Both the position numbers and the translations under genes were made by a program. From contig NC_068983.1 in the NCBI RefSeq assembly GCF_001194135.2, positions 81,988,814 through 82,036,768 of the forward strand: a stretch of 47,955 nt of DNA. The letters run 5' to 3'. Shown here in pieces: positions 11,339 to 23,541 of this stretch (positions are counted from its first letter, which is position 1; each line of letters opens with the position of its first letter). The notes beneath the pieces are model-generated. The model had not been told where the DNA came from. It was given only the letters and a program-made list of their open reading frames with translations, and searched no databases. This stretch comes from Octopus bimaculoides. Taxonomy: Eukaryota.

Positions 11339-11476
11339 CCAAATCTATTCACAAGTCTTTGGTCGGCCTGAGGCTATAATAGCAGATACTTGCAAGATGC
11401 CACACAGTGGGATTGAACCCAGAATTATGTGGTTAGGAAGCAAGCTTCTCACCACACAGTCACACTTGTGCCTATA
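11339..11476 (-). mobile_element. SINE family B 5' half, ending at a microsatellite and gap
   Basis: Reverse complement of the TAGGCACAAGTGTGACTGTGTGGTGAGAAGCTTGCTTCC...GGGTTCAATCCCACTG head. Confidence 0.8.
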
Positions 11477-11483
11477 TGTATGT

Positions 11484-11580
11484 ATCATCATCATCATCAT
11501 CATCATCATTATCATCATCATTTAACGTCCGTTTTCGATGCTGGCATGGGTTTGTTGTTTTGACTGGAGCTGGTAAGGCC
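11484..11580 (-). mobile_element. Family C 3' end with (ATG)n tail
   Basis: (CAT)n followed by TTAACGTCCGTTTTCGATGCTGGCATGGG, matching 33131 and 40328. Confidence 0.8.
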
Positions 11581-11749
11581 ATGGTATATATGTAAATATG
11601 TATATATANNNNNNNNNNNNNNNATATATATATATATATATATATATACAAAGAATAGCAATTAAATATTAGGTTAAAAACCCTAAAGATTGAAAAATTT
11701 TCCATGGAAACATGTCTGGGCATGAAAAAATATCACCTTAATGGAAACA

Positions 11750-11851
11750 GATGAGAGCTGATGACAGGTAGAGCCCCTGGCTGTAGAAAATCTGCTTCAG
11801 GGAATTCTTTCTGAACCATGCAAGGTTGGAGAAATGAATGTTAAAACGATA
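11750..11851 (+). mobile_element. Family C-related 3' fragment
   Basis: GACAGGTAGAGCCCCTGGCTGTAGAAAATCTGCTTC...CATGCAAGGTTGGAGAAATGAATGTTAAAACGAT; similar to 1565-1680. Confidence 0.55.
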
Positions 11852-12457
11852 TTCTCTATTCTTTAACTAGTATCAGCTTGAGAGATGTGTCCATGCTGAC
11901 ATGTGTGTTTGTGTGTGTGTAAACAGACTTCCATGAAAAACATGGCCTGCCAAGAGAAAATGTTACCTTGTTCAGAAATAGATGTGAGATGGGGAAAAGA
12001 AGAGCTGAAGAAAATCTGTTACAAGGACATTTTTTTTTACCTCTGCAAGAATAGGAAAACGGATGATGATGGCGATGGTAATGATGAGGACAAGGAGGAG
12101 GAGGAAGAAGAAGAAGGTGAAGGAGGAGAGGGAGGATGTGTGTGTGTGTGTGTATGTGTGTTTTCATAATTAAATAAAAACAACAGCAGAAACAAAAATT
12201 CAGTACAACATATGGTATGAAATATTTATTATAAAATTGTTGAAAATGTTTCCAATCTCATGGAAGTTTTACTAAAGCCAAGCTTTTCAAACAACGTAGA
12301 ATTTTAAAATTGTGACATATAAATACATTTAAGGGGTGCAGAAGGTAAAGTGAAGTAGTGCTAACAATTGATATGAATTGCAAGGAAGAGGTAGCATGAA
12401 GGGCAGAAAATAGTAAATGTAAAATAGTCTATAGAAAAGGGCAGCATTTGGTGATAT

Positions 12458-12672
12458 TTAAGCCTTTAACATTTAAGCCAGCCACATCCAGTCCAAATAT
12501 TCTACTTGTTTTATGTTCAAACTGGCCAGATCCAACCTCTCACACCTACCCTATAATATCATTTTAAAAATAAAGAAACATATCTTTAAAATCTTGAAGC
12601 TACAAGATGTTACATGATTAATTTTTGAAAATGTGAATAAATAACTAATACATCTGAATGCTAACAGGTTAA
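12458..12672 (-). mobile_element. TTAA-bounded MITE family 1 (piggyBac-like termini)
   Basis: TTAAGCCTTTAACATT...AATGCTAACAGGTTAA; reverse complement of 12803-13030. Confidence 0.8.
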
Positions 12673-12802
12673 ATCTTTTCTCAGGGGCAGGGAGAATTGG
12701 GCCAAATATTAGGTCTGTTTGTTTCTATTTATCCTTCACCCTATCTCTATGTTCCAAACTCACCTATTATCACCATCATGTCACTCAAATGTATTTAAAA
12801 GT

Positions 12803-13030
12803 TTAACTCTTTAGCATTCAGCTTTCTCTATCAAATATAATGTTTGTTTATTCATGTTGTTTTGAATTAACCATGCATTATCTCATAGCTTTGAGATTTC
12901 AATGATGCAACTGTTTAATTTTATAATTACATTGTAGGGTAGGTGTGAGAAGCTGGACATGGTCAGTTTCACCATAAAACAGGCAGATTATTTGGGCTTG
13001 ATATGGCCAGTTTAAATGCTAAAAGGTTAA
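12803..13030 (+). mobile_element. TTAA-bounded MITE family 1
   Basis: TIRs TTAACTCTTTAGCATT / AATGCTAAAAGGTTAA; homologous to 21013 and 44085. Confidence 0.85.
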
Positions 13031-13059
13031 TATTCTTCCCACTTTGGAAAGCCAACATT

Positions 13060-13160
13060 TAGTGAAATTTTGGCACATGATAACATCGACCCAACACTTG
13101 AAATGGTACTTTGTTATGAATCAATCCCCAAAAGATGAAATCTAAAGTTAATCTCGTTTG
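13060..13160 (-). mobile_element. SINE family A fragment
   Basis: AAATTTTGGCACA...GGTACTT...GGATTTGAATTTAGAAC is the reverse complement of the family A body. Confidence 0.6.
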
Positions 13161-13321
13161 GATTTGAATTTAGAACTAAATGAGTCATAACAAATACTGC
13201 TAGGCCTTTTTGTTTTTACTCTTAACAATTTTAGCAGTTCACTGCTTTCAACCTTTACATAATAAAAACAAAACAAGCACACACACACACACACAATTGT
13301 ATGTGTGTATGGTTTTAAAAA

Positions 13322-13492
13322 AACACCCAGTACACTCTGTGAAATGGTTGGCATTAGGAACAGCATCCAGCTGTAGAAGCCATGGCAAAACAGACGTCTG
13401 GAGCCTGGTGCAGCCCTCCAGCCTTGCCAGCTCCTGTCAAACTATCTAATTCACGTCAGCTGGAAAACAAACGATAAATGATGATGATGATG
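13322..13492 (+). mobile_element. Family C 3' part with (ATG)n tail
   Basis: GGTTGGCATTAGGAACAGCATCCAGCTGTAG...GGAAAACAAACGATAAATGATGATG. Confidence 0.8.
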
Positions 13493-13936
13493 TTTACAGT
13501 GTGTAAAAATTTATTCAAAAAGTTAATACTCTAAGTTGCTGTTATTTATCTGTGATGGGTCTAATGTAGCAGATGTAAATGTAGAGATGGGGTAGGAGAG
13601 TAACTTGTCATTCAGTCAGTGGAGCTTTATTGCATCACTAGTCCTTCTTCTACTCTTGGCAGTCTGAGATCTCTGAAGGACTGAATCAATGATGGAAGAG
13701 AAGAATCATCAATATCATCATCAGACTTAGATGCACCAGAATTGGGACAAATTGGTTTGAAGAATGAGTTGAGTTTCTATTGTTGACTTTGCTGATGTTG
13801 ATTCTGACTTGTGATTTTTCTTAACTTTTTTGTTACCTTATTTCTGTTGAAATATGCTGCCTTTGTTTCAGTTACTTTTTCAAAATAATGAATAATTTAC
13901 TAGGATAACTTTTTTCATTATTAAGATGGTGTTCTG

Positions 13937-14135
13937 AAGGCAGTGAGCTGACAGATTTGGTAGTACACCAGACAAAATGCTTAGCAGTATTTCATCTGAA
14001 TTTACGTTTTGAGTCCAAATGCTGGTGAGGTTCACTTTGCCCTTTATTTTTCAGGTTAGATAAAATAAGTACCAGTTGACTACTGGGGTTGATGTAAACA
14101 ACTTACCCCCACCCCCCAAATTGCTAGCTTTGTGT
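13937..14135 (+). mobile_element. SINE family A lacking about 20 nt of its 3' end
   Basis: AAGGCAGTGAGCTG head and ATAAGTACCAGTTG core; ends at CTTTGTGT. Confidence 0.8.
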
Positions 14136-14241
14136 CTGCGTGGCACCTTGGGCAAGTGTCTTCTACTATAGCCTCGGGCCAACCAAAGCCTTGTGAGTGG
14201 ATTTGGTAGATGGAAATTGGAAGAAGCCTGTCGTATATATG

Positions 14242-14304
<63 letters not shown>

Positions 14305-14513
14305 TTGTGTGTCTGTGTTTGTCTCCCCAACATCACTTGACAACCGATGCTGGTGTGTTTACGTCCCTGTAACTTAGTGGTTTGGAAAAAGAGACCGATA
14401 GAATAAGTACTAGGCTTACAACAAATAAGTCTTAGGGTCGATTTTCTCGACTAAAGGCAGTGCTCCAGCATGTCCACATTCAAATGACTGAAACAAGTAA
14501 AAAAGTAAAAGAG
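14136..14513 (+). mobile_element. SINE family B, 5'-truncated, with internal (TA)n(TG)n
   Basis: CTGCGTGGCACCTTGGGCAAGTG...GAAGAAGCC-(microsatellite)...AAATGACTGAAACAAGTAAAA. Confidence 0.9.
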
Positions 14514-15187
14514 TAAGATGACATTTGGAATATAATTTAAAATGAAATTTTGATACAAGTTTTTTAACTTAATAGTAGTAGTAAGGGGGCATGCACTGCA
14601 CCACTGCATCACTGCATCCACCATTTCTTCCTCCAGGTGGATGACACCCTTGCATCACTCAGGCGACAACTCTCCAACCCATGGGTCTGTTTGAGTTGTC
14701 ATTGCTAGTGAGGCTTTTGTGAGGTCAAAGTGCAAATCGTACCTCCAAGCAGTATGGCATGTCGTATCCAAATTTCTGGAAGAGTGAACTGTGTCATGCT
14801 GGTGGTTTTCTCACAAACGGTGCCCAACTGACCCTACTATACTGTGTAGTCAACAAAATCAAAAACAAACAATGCACATGCATGAAATTAGAATTATAAA
14901 ATTGCGACAATTTACCCATCGCACTCTTCATATATATATATATATGTTTACAGCTTGTCAATTACATTATAATTTTCATAATTTGTTGAACACTTTTGGT
15001 GAAATATACCCTGCAACAACAAATTATGGTGTATCCTGTGGAGTTTATATGTGTCTTGTTACCTGTCTATCTATCTGCGTGTGTGTATGTGTGTGTGTGT
15101 GTGTATATGCACACACACACACACATGCATGCTCACACACAGACACACACGCGAATACACATATTTTGTACATATATGTGTATATGC

Positions 15188-15241
<54 letters not shown>

Positions 15242-16029
15242 GCACACATCCTTATACACATACCTATGTCTATGGGTGAGTTTGTACTTATATATATACA
15301 TAAAGGCATACATACATACGTGTGTACACACACACACACACATACTTCATTCCTTCATTCCAGTATATAATTTGATAAGTTGATGATGATAGTTGCTGTT
15401 TAGCAAATGAGGAATCTCCTAAAAGCCATCGACGAAAATCTTAAACATTCATTTATTTACTGCGTTGCCATCTTTTGTTTTTGTTTCATCATTCTTGGAA
15501 GATTTCAATAAGAGATCAAGATAGGTGTGTCTGTATATTTGTGTGCATGTGTGCTCAAGAAGGCTTGGAAAGGACTATATTTATGTTTTATATTGTTGTT
15601 ATGTAATTTTAGTTAATTTTACATGTATGTTTACATATATATTTTTATTCTATTTTATTTTTTGAGTTCTTTATTTTATATTTTCTTTCTTTTTTTTCTT
15701 CTTTTTTTTTGCTTCTTCTTAATGGTAGTCACTGCTTTATTTTCCTATAACTTTTCCGTTTAGACTACAGAACAAGCCTTCCACTCTCACCTCTTTCCAC
15801 CCATTCTTTGCTTCTCGTTGATTTTAGCTAATGCTATATTTGTTTTATTTACATTTGTTATTATTTATCTATTTATTTATATATATATATATTTATACTT
15901 TTTTTTCTTTTTTGCTTAAGCTTTCAATAATTAATTCTATTCTAAGGTTTTGCTTGTCATCAGCAACAATTCCAAAAGATCGCTCTCAGACACTTACTTT
16001 CTTTCCTGTATAGTACGGAGATTTCTGTT

Positions 16030-16061
<32 letters not shown>

Positions 16062-17902
16062 TTCCTTTCTTCTTCAGAATCTCAGAGAAGAATATTCAAG
16101 ATTTTAGCTTTCTTACAGCTTAGCTTTTCCTCAAGCTTCATCAACACATAAAACAAAATAACGAGTCAGAATACCATAATGTCTCTTGGTTTCTAAGCAC
16201 AGAACTGCCTCAATTAAGAGGAAATAGGTCATTTTGTACAGCACAACAATCAATGCCATACGTTAAACACATCACATCTACAATTTGTATTTTTGAGCTT
16301 TGATAATTAAAACATTTTTCTGATAAATATTCTTAATGATTTCTACTTTCTTCAACTTATTTAAATTTAAATAATTTCCTTTCCTTTGTATTTCTTTCTT
16401 TCTTTCTTTCTCTCTTCCTTTCAACATTTCTCTCTTAATTTTGGTGCTGTTATTCTTCAATAATAATAATAATAATCATAATAATAATAATAACAACAGC
16501 ACAGACAACAATAATAATAGTAATGGTCACCATTATTATTATTGTTATCATCATCATTTTGAAGTTGTTATTTTCGTGACATTTCTTTACTGCCTCAACT
16601 TTATATTTTGCAATTACTTAACATTAATCATTTGTTTCAAATGGAAAGGACAAATGCTCAATAATAATAATAATGATAATAATAATTGTTGTAGTCAGTC
16701 ATTAACATCATTATCAACTTCCTCATCACCACCTTCATTCTTAATAATATTCATCACCATCATCATCATCGTGATCAAAAGGAAGCTGAAGGTGAAATTT
16801 TCAAATAAAATATTATTAAAAGCATTTCACCAAGAGAAGATCAATGTTTTAATTTACATGAGAAAAACACATCTCTGTCACACATGCACACACAATTACA
16901 CACACATGCACACTCACATACACACACTCAAACACACATCCACATGAATATGCGTATACATGCATACCTAGCAACCTACAAATATACATACATATGTAAG
17001 TACATACACACATAGATATACATACATGTATGTCCACACAAATACACGCACAAACATATTTGTAGTGACACAAAAATAATCATTAATTAAGTTCACAATC
17101 ATAACATGCATGCACAAATTACACACAAACTCACACACAAATATATATATATATATATATATACATGGGCACAAAACGTACATAAATATTTATGCACCAG
17201 GGACACATGTTTCTACTCCATAGATGCTTCATTATTTATATATGTACATATACACACAAACATGCACATTCACTATTACATGTAAGCACACATCAATGAA
17301 TATACTAATTTCAAAATGGTACTCCAGAGCATAGGCATCTTTAAGTATCAGTGTAAATTCTCCTGAATTCTTTTCCATGAATTAGCCAGTCAGTGGTCCT
17401 GTAATTTGCAGTACCTTCTAAGACTGGTGGAACCAACAAGTTTGATACCCACCTTCAACTTCTGTGGGTCAAGATTTGCAAGAAAAACATTGGTCTGGTT
17501 CCAATGTTTGCAACAAAGAAAACTTTTCAAAGATACCCAGTAGCTAAAGATATATAATAATATTAATAAAGAATTACATAACTGAACACAATTGTAAGAT
17601 ATTAGACATTATGAGAACGAATTTGAAATAGGTGTATTAATGAGGTTATAAATCCGTAGTTTGCCAGACAAGAACATTGCTAATTACAATATACAATACC
17701 TGCTAATCACTTTCTGTCTCAAATTAGGTTCTTAAATTATTTCTGCTGCTTTTTTTTCATTGTCTTATTTATATTTCCTTGAGATAATTAATCAGTTACT
17801 TAGCAAAGCAGGATAAATTATAGCTCCATAAATGAATATTATTTATTATATATACTAATGTATCATCAATTGGCATTTATAATATTTGATATTACTTTCT
17901 TT

Positions 17903-18448
17903 AAGGTAGCAAGGTGGCACAGTTGTTAGAGGTGCTTGGCAAAAATGCCTCGTAGCATTTTGTTCATTTTTATGTTCTGAGTTCAAATTCTACTGAGGTT
18001 ATCTTTACCTTTCATCTTTTCAGGTTTGATGAAATAAGTACTAATTGATATAATTGACTTACCCACTCCCTCGAAATTGCTGGCCTTGTTCCAAAATTTG
18101 AAACCAATAGGGTGGTGAGCTTGCAGAATCATTAGCATGCTAAGGTGGTGAGCTGGCAGAAACGTTAGCATGCCGGGCGAAATGCTTAGTGGTATTTTGT
18201 CTGTCTTTATGGTCTGAGTTCAAATTTTACCAACGTTGACTTTACCTTCATTAGCATGCTGGGCAAAATGCTTTGTAGCATTTCATCTGTCTTCACATTT
18301 CTGAGTTCAATTTCTGCTGAAGTTGACTTTACCTTTTATCCTTTTGGGGTCGATGGAATAAGTACCAGCTGAGCATGGAGGTCGTTGTAATCATCTCATC
18401 CACTTCCCTCAAATTGCTGACCCTGTGCCAAAATTTGAATCCAATATT
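17903..18448 (+). mobile_element. Cluster of three family A SINEs (tandem pair plus a nested head-only copy)
   Basis: Copy 17903-18108; copy 18109-18141 plus 18250-18448, interrupted by 18142-18247; direct repeat TCATTAGCATGCT at both junctions. Confidence 0.85.
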
Positions 18449-18794
18449 GCCTTTCTTTGAAATCCCTTACAGTTCATTCATTCATAATAACTATAAAATA
18501 ATTAAATGCTTTTCCCTAGAGAAGTTCATTTAAATTTGGGGAGGTTTTACGTAGCAAATCAGACCAATCATTGCTGTGCAGTAGAATGATTCTACTACAT
18601 AACCAGGTACTATATCTGACGCCCAGCCAATGGCTGTTTAAAATCATAAAGCATCATTTTAATTTCAGTTTCTAATTCTGGATAAGGATTAACTTTTTCC
18701 TGTCATTAATATATTATAATTTTCTCTCATAAAATCTATCATTTTTTACTTTTCCTACTGTTTTTACAGAGTAAAATAGTATACCTTTTTGGAG

Positions 18795-19154
18795 AGCTAA
18801 TGCAGAATTGCACCTAACCTGGAAAAATGCATTTTTTTGAAAAAAATTTCCGGATTCCTACGTTTTAGATGTCAGAGATTATGAATATACCCCTCAAAAA
18901 CACCTTTTTAAAATTTCATCTCACCCTTCTTTCCCCTCCCCACAATTTAAAATTTTGAACTTTTTTCGAAACTTTGTTTTAAGACCACCTTTTCCAAATT
19001 TAAAGTGCCCACCTCAACCTGCCCTTACTCCATTTCTGATTTTTTTTCAACGGGTTCTTATGTTTTCGATGACGAAGAATTCTGAATATGCAAGAAACCA
19101 TGTTTTCAAAATTTTAAATTCTATAAGCATATAGATATGTGTATAAAGAGATAG

Positions 19155-19195
<41 letters not shown>

Positions 19196-19606
19196 CAGAG
19201 AAATATGATTAAATAGATAGGGAGAAATAGATAAACAGACAAATAAATAAATGGATGAAAAAGTTTAAAATTTAAAATTGGAGGAGGGGTAAAATTTGAG
19301 TCCCTTATTAAACTTTATAACATTAATTATTAAACATATTAATGCTTGTTTCTCATAAAATGGTGTATATTTAATTTACATTTAATTATTATTTACAATT
19401 ATTTAAAGCAAACACAAGTAGAATGCAAATTCTTTTCACTTTAGTGTCTTTGTCTATATTAAATTTCGATTTGCATATGTTCATCAATTCGCTACAATCT
19501 CTTTAAAGTAAACAAAATCAATTTTAGACAGCTAAAACGTAGGAATCAGAAAAAGGTTTTTTTAAAAAATGCATTTTTCCAGGAGAGGTGCAATTCTGAG
19601 GTAGCC
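18795..19606. mobile_element. Non-autonomous DNA transposon with about 75-bp TIRs
   Basis: CAGAATTGCACCTAACCTGGAAAAATGCATTTTTT...GATTCCTACGTTTTAG at the left is mirrored by CTAAAACGTAGGAATC...AAAAATGCATTTTTCCAGGAGAGGTGCAATTCTG at the right. No ORF; internal (GATA)n(GA)n. Confidence 0.8.
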
Positions 19607-21012
19607 TATCTTTTTTTTATACTTTCCATGGAAAAGAATTTATTCATTATTGAATGTAAAGCAAAAGGTGAAAGTCCAAATCTTGTTAATGTTATCATTG
19701 TTCTCTTTCTTCATTTCTTTTTCTTCTAGGGCTATTTTCCAAACAACTATTTTCTTTTCTCCCAGTGTTGTATATACAACTATCTCAGTCAAAAAGATTT
19801 ACATTGTTCTATATCTTGGTTAGTTTTTCCGGTCTTCCATTTGTGGCACCTGGAAGAGGTAACTATTTTTCATATCGTTTTTGTTAAGATGGCTTCTTAA
19901 CAAAACTGTTCTGGAAAATAATTATTTATTGTACATAATTTATATCATTTTAAGATATTTTCAAATATTTGTTTACTGTCTCACTATCATTCATCTTTAC
20001 TACACCATTTCTACATAGCATTTTCCTAAAATTTTCTGGCACACTTCAGTTAGCAATACCATTGTTAATGTGCTGAAATTATAGTGGTCTTTACATAAAA
20101 GCTGATGAAGAGAAATCTATGTCCATATTTGAATTTTCCAGATCCTACTAATTTGATTTGTACCCTAACCCTGCATATGTATATGTGCATGTGTGTGTGT
20201 GTGCTTAGCTATTTTCTGATATACAATGTGTAAAAGACATAAACTTTGAATAAAAGTGTAGAAAATTCAGTGCTTTACAAAGTTCTTTGAGATATTTGGT
20301 CTGCACTGGATCAAGCACTCTCTTGTCATTCTGGCCACCACTAGTAATGCAGTGAACCAGTGATTAATTTGTAAGAAACTCATAACCAACCACACATTGC
20401 AATATTAAATAACTAAACAATTTTATAGATAAAATAATCTTAGCCGCTTATTTTTAACACAGTCACAAAAACACATTTATATGTATGTATGCTTCCATCT
20501 GTTCTTTTTCCATGCCTTTGTCTCTCCTTCTCTGCATTCACATACACACCCTTACACAAACAAGCACAATGTGTATCTGTGTGTACACGTTTATATATGT
20601 ATCACTGTGTGTGTGTTAATTCTTTTAACTCAAACAATATGTATAAATAAATATACTAATAAATATTCACTACAATGTTTACCTGTCACAGCACTAATCA
20701 CAGAATCCATCTTGAATACATTGGAAACCTTTATTTGGCAGCAATTCCTCTATTTCTTGTTTCACTCAATGAAATGGCGAAAGGATGAGTAAATATTTAC
20801 ACAAAACAGGAAAATAATTTATATTTTATTTTGTGCTGATTTAATTATTATTTTTCTGGAAATTTGAAACATTTGTTAATGAAGAATGCAAACAAATATA
20901 ACATTCAAATGAATAATGATTTTAGTTTGGTTAGGAACAAGTACTTAGATTCACAAGAAATGATATGATGTATTGTGATCTTTATGCCTTTCTAACTAAG
21001 GGATTCAATAGT

Positions 21013-21210
21013 TTAACCCTTTAGCATTCAAATTACTCTGTCAAATGTAATGCTCATTTATTCACATTGTTTTAAATTAATCATGCATCATTTTGTAGCT
21101 TTGAGATTTTGATGATGTGATTGTGTGACTTCAGAATGGCATTGTAGGGTAAATCTGGTTGGTTTGAACATAAAAGAAATATAATATGTGGGCCTTATAT
21201 AGCTGGTTTA
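21013..21210 (+). mobile_element. TTAA MITE family 1, right TIR eroded
   Basis: Begins TTAACCCTTTAGCATTCAAATTACTCTGTCAAATG; colinear with 12803-13030. Confidence 0.8.
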
Positions 21211-21764
21211 TTTATTTACATTTTTGAGACTGACATTCTGTTATTTTAAACTGTAAATAGCTTTAGGTCATCACTCTGTTGGTGTTGTTTTCTTCTGAAT
21301 GAACAACGTTCTGTAAGTCTGACGTTGCCTCTTTTTGGTTGACATAAAACAGTAGAACATCCAACACACAGAACAACAGTTTGAGCATGACTGAGTACTG
21401 TGGTGATTTTATATCACCCTGGACATTTGAAATGCAAACAAAAGCATTAAAGGAAAGAAAGTGTTTATAATCAATTTGAACTCAATTACAGATGGTACCT
21501 TCTGTAAACTTGAGAATGTATTCTGCAATGCTTTTGCCAGCACCAACAAATCTGAGTCAATTTTATTGAAGAAGGGGTATAGTATGGTATTTAAGTTATT
21601 GACTGCTGTTGAGGTGGAAAGTACTCTTAACCATGGAAGCTTTGAATTTAGAATATAGCAGAACAGAACTAAATACTAGGAAGGAAGTTTGCTTAAGAGT
21701 CACAAGGTTTTGGGTATAATCTATTTGCTCAAGAGAGATTGACAGATAAGTAGGAAGGTAGGTA

Positions 21765-21994
21765 TTAATCCTTTTGATACAAACCCACCCAAGACACCCG
21801 TGGTTCTATAATACAAGCTTTCTGTTTTAAAGTGATCTAAATTAAAATCTTCCATCAAAATTTCATATTAATTTATGTTCTAAACTCCAGCTTAATAATG
21901 ACAAGGCTATGTAACTAAATTATTCATGGCTTGAAAAATTAATTGAAAGAAAGGCATTGTATTTTAACAGAAATATGCTATTGGAAAGGGTGAG
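21765..21994 (+). mobile_element. TTAA MITE family 2
   Basis: TTAATCCTTTTGATAC...GGAAAGGGTGAG degenerate TIRs; homologous to 13821-14572. Confidence 0.65.
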
Positions 21995-22035
21995 GTAGGC
22001 ATATAGATAAATAGGTAGGTGGATACATGGATTGG

Positions 22036-22141
<106 letters not shown>

Positions 22142-22361
22142 CAACAGAGTCAAAAAGAAAGAAATCAAAGAAGGAAAGATATTGATGAGAGAAGTGGAAA
22201 GGTGATGAAAAGAAATAAAAAGAAAAGAAAGGATGGTTAAAGAGAGTTACAGAAAAATTGAGAATTTAAAGGAAAAAAATGTACTTTTTTCATTTTTTTA
22301 TAACCTGCTTTTACTGTTTCTTTATCTCTTTTTTATGTACATCATCCTTTATAACCATTCC

Positions 22362-22362
<1 letters not shown>

Positions 22363-22392
<30 letters not shown>

Positions 22393-22518
22393 GTCATCAT
22401 CGTCGTCGTCGTCGTCATCGTCCTCACCATCATCATCATCATCATCATGATCATGATGATGATCATCATCATCATCAACATCATCATCATCATTGTCGTC
22501 ATCATCATCATCACCATC
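22363..22518. repeat. (CAT)n/(CGT)n trinucleotide repeat
   Basis: Directly visible; source of poly-His/Ile/Met ORFs. Confidence 0.95.
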
Positions 22519-22794
22519 AACTTCTTCAATTACAAGAAATATTTTTTGGTTTTTGAATTCCTTGAATTTTCTTTACTTTGCTTCCTGCTCTGCTCTTTCT
22601 CTCCTTCTTTCTTTCTTTCATTCATTCTTTCCCTCTCTTTTTTGTTTTTGTTTTTCTTTATTCATTTATCTTTCATTTTCATTCTCTGAATGAAGAAGGT
22701 CAAAATTAAAGAATTTGCGAAGGAAGATATAAAAACATGAGGAGGGAAACAAGAGGCAACAAATTGCAGTAAATAAAAAAAACATTATATGCAC

Positions 22795-22835
<41 letters not shown>

Positions 22836-22904
22836 CCTATATGTATATATATGTATGCATATGCATGTATGCTTACATATATATGACTATAAAAGAGTAT
22901 GCAC

Positions 22905-22951
<47 letters not shown>

Positions 22952-23077
22952 CACATGTACATGACTATATGTAGAAATCTATGTGTATTTACACATGCAT
23001 ATATTTCATTACACATCCACATATGACATACATACACTCATACATACATGCACATACATACATATATACATGCATTC

Positions 23078-23541
23078 NNNNNNNNNNNNNNNNNNNNNNN
23101 NNNNNNNNNNNNNNNNNNNNNNNNNNNNNNNNNNNNNNNNNNNNNNNNNNNNNNNNNNNNNNNNNNNNNNNNNNNNNNNNNNNNNNNNNNNNNNNNNNNN
23201 NNNNNNNNNNNNNNNNNNNNNNNNNNNNNNNNNNNNNNNNNNNNNNNNNNNNNNNNNNNNNNNNNNNNNNNNNNNNNNNNNNNNNNNNNNNNNNNNNNNN
23301 NNNNNNNNNNNNNNNNNNNNNNNNNNNNNNNNNNNNNNNNNNNNNNNNNNNNNNNNNNNNNNNNNNNNNNNNNNNNNNNNNNNNNNNNNNNNNNNNNNNN
23401 NNNNNNNNNNNNNNNNNNNNNNNNNNNNNNNNNNNNNNNNNNNNNNNNNNNNNNNNNNNNNNNNNNNNNNNNNNNNNNNNNNNNNNNNNNNNNNNNNNNN
23501 NNNNNNNNNNNNNNNNNNNNNNNNNNNNNNNNNNNNNNNNN
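23078..23541. other. Assembly gap (N run)
   Basis: N characters. Confidence 1.

Larger units (their letters stand above)
13821..14572 (-). mobile_element. TTAA-bounded MITE family 2, split by a SINE insertion (pieces 13821-13936 and 14514-14572)
   Basis: Both pieces are colinear with the reverse complement of 21765-21994. Confidence 0.7.

Noticed and set aside
11681-11720. TTGAAAA...GAAAC-AT-GTC hammerhead-like string near (TA)n
   Set aside because: The core and palindromic helix III are present, but no helix II or helix I pairing can be drawn.
15990-16260. Strong plus-strand acceptor-like tract (about 16078) and minus-strand GTAAGT donor (15997)
   Set aside because: All frames across the putative exons contain stops, and T-rich tracts are common here.
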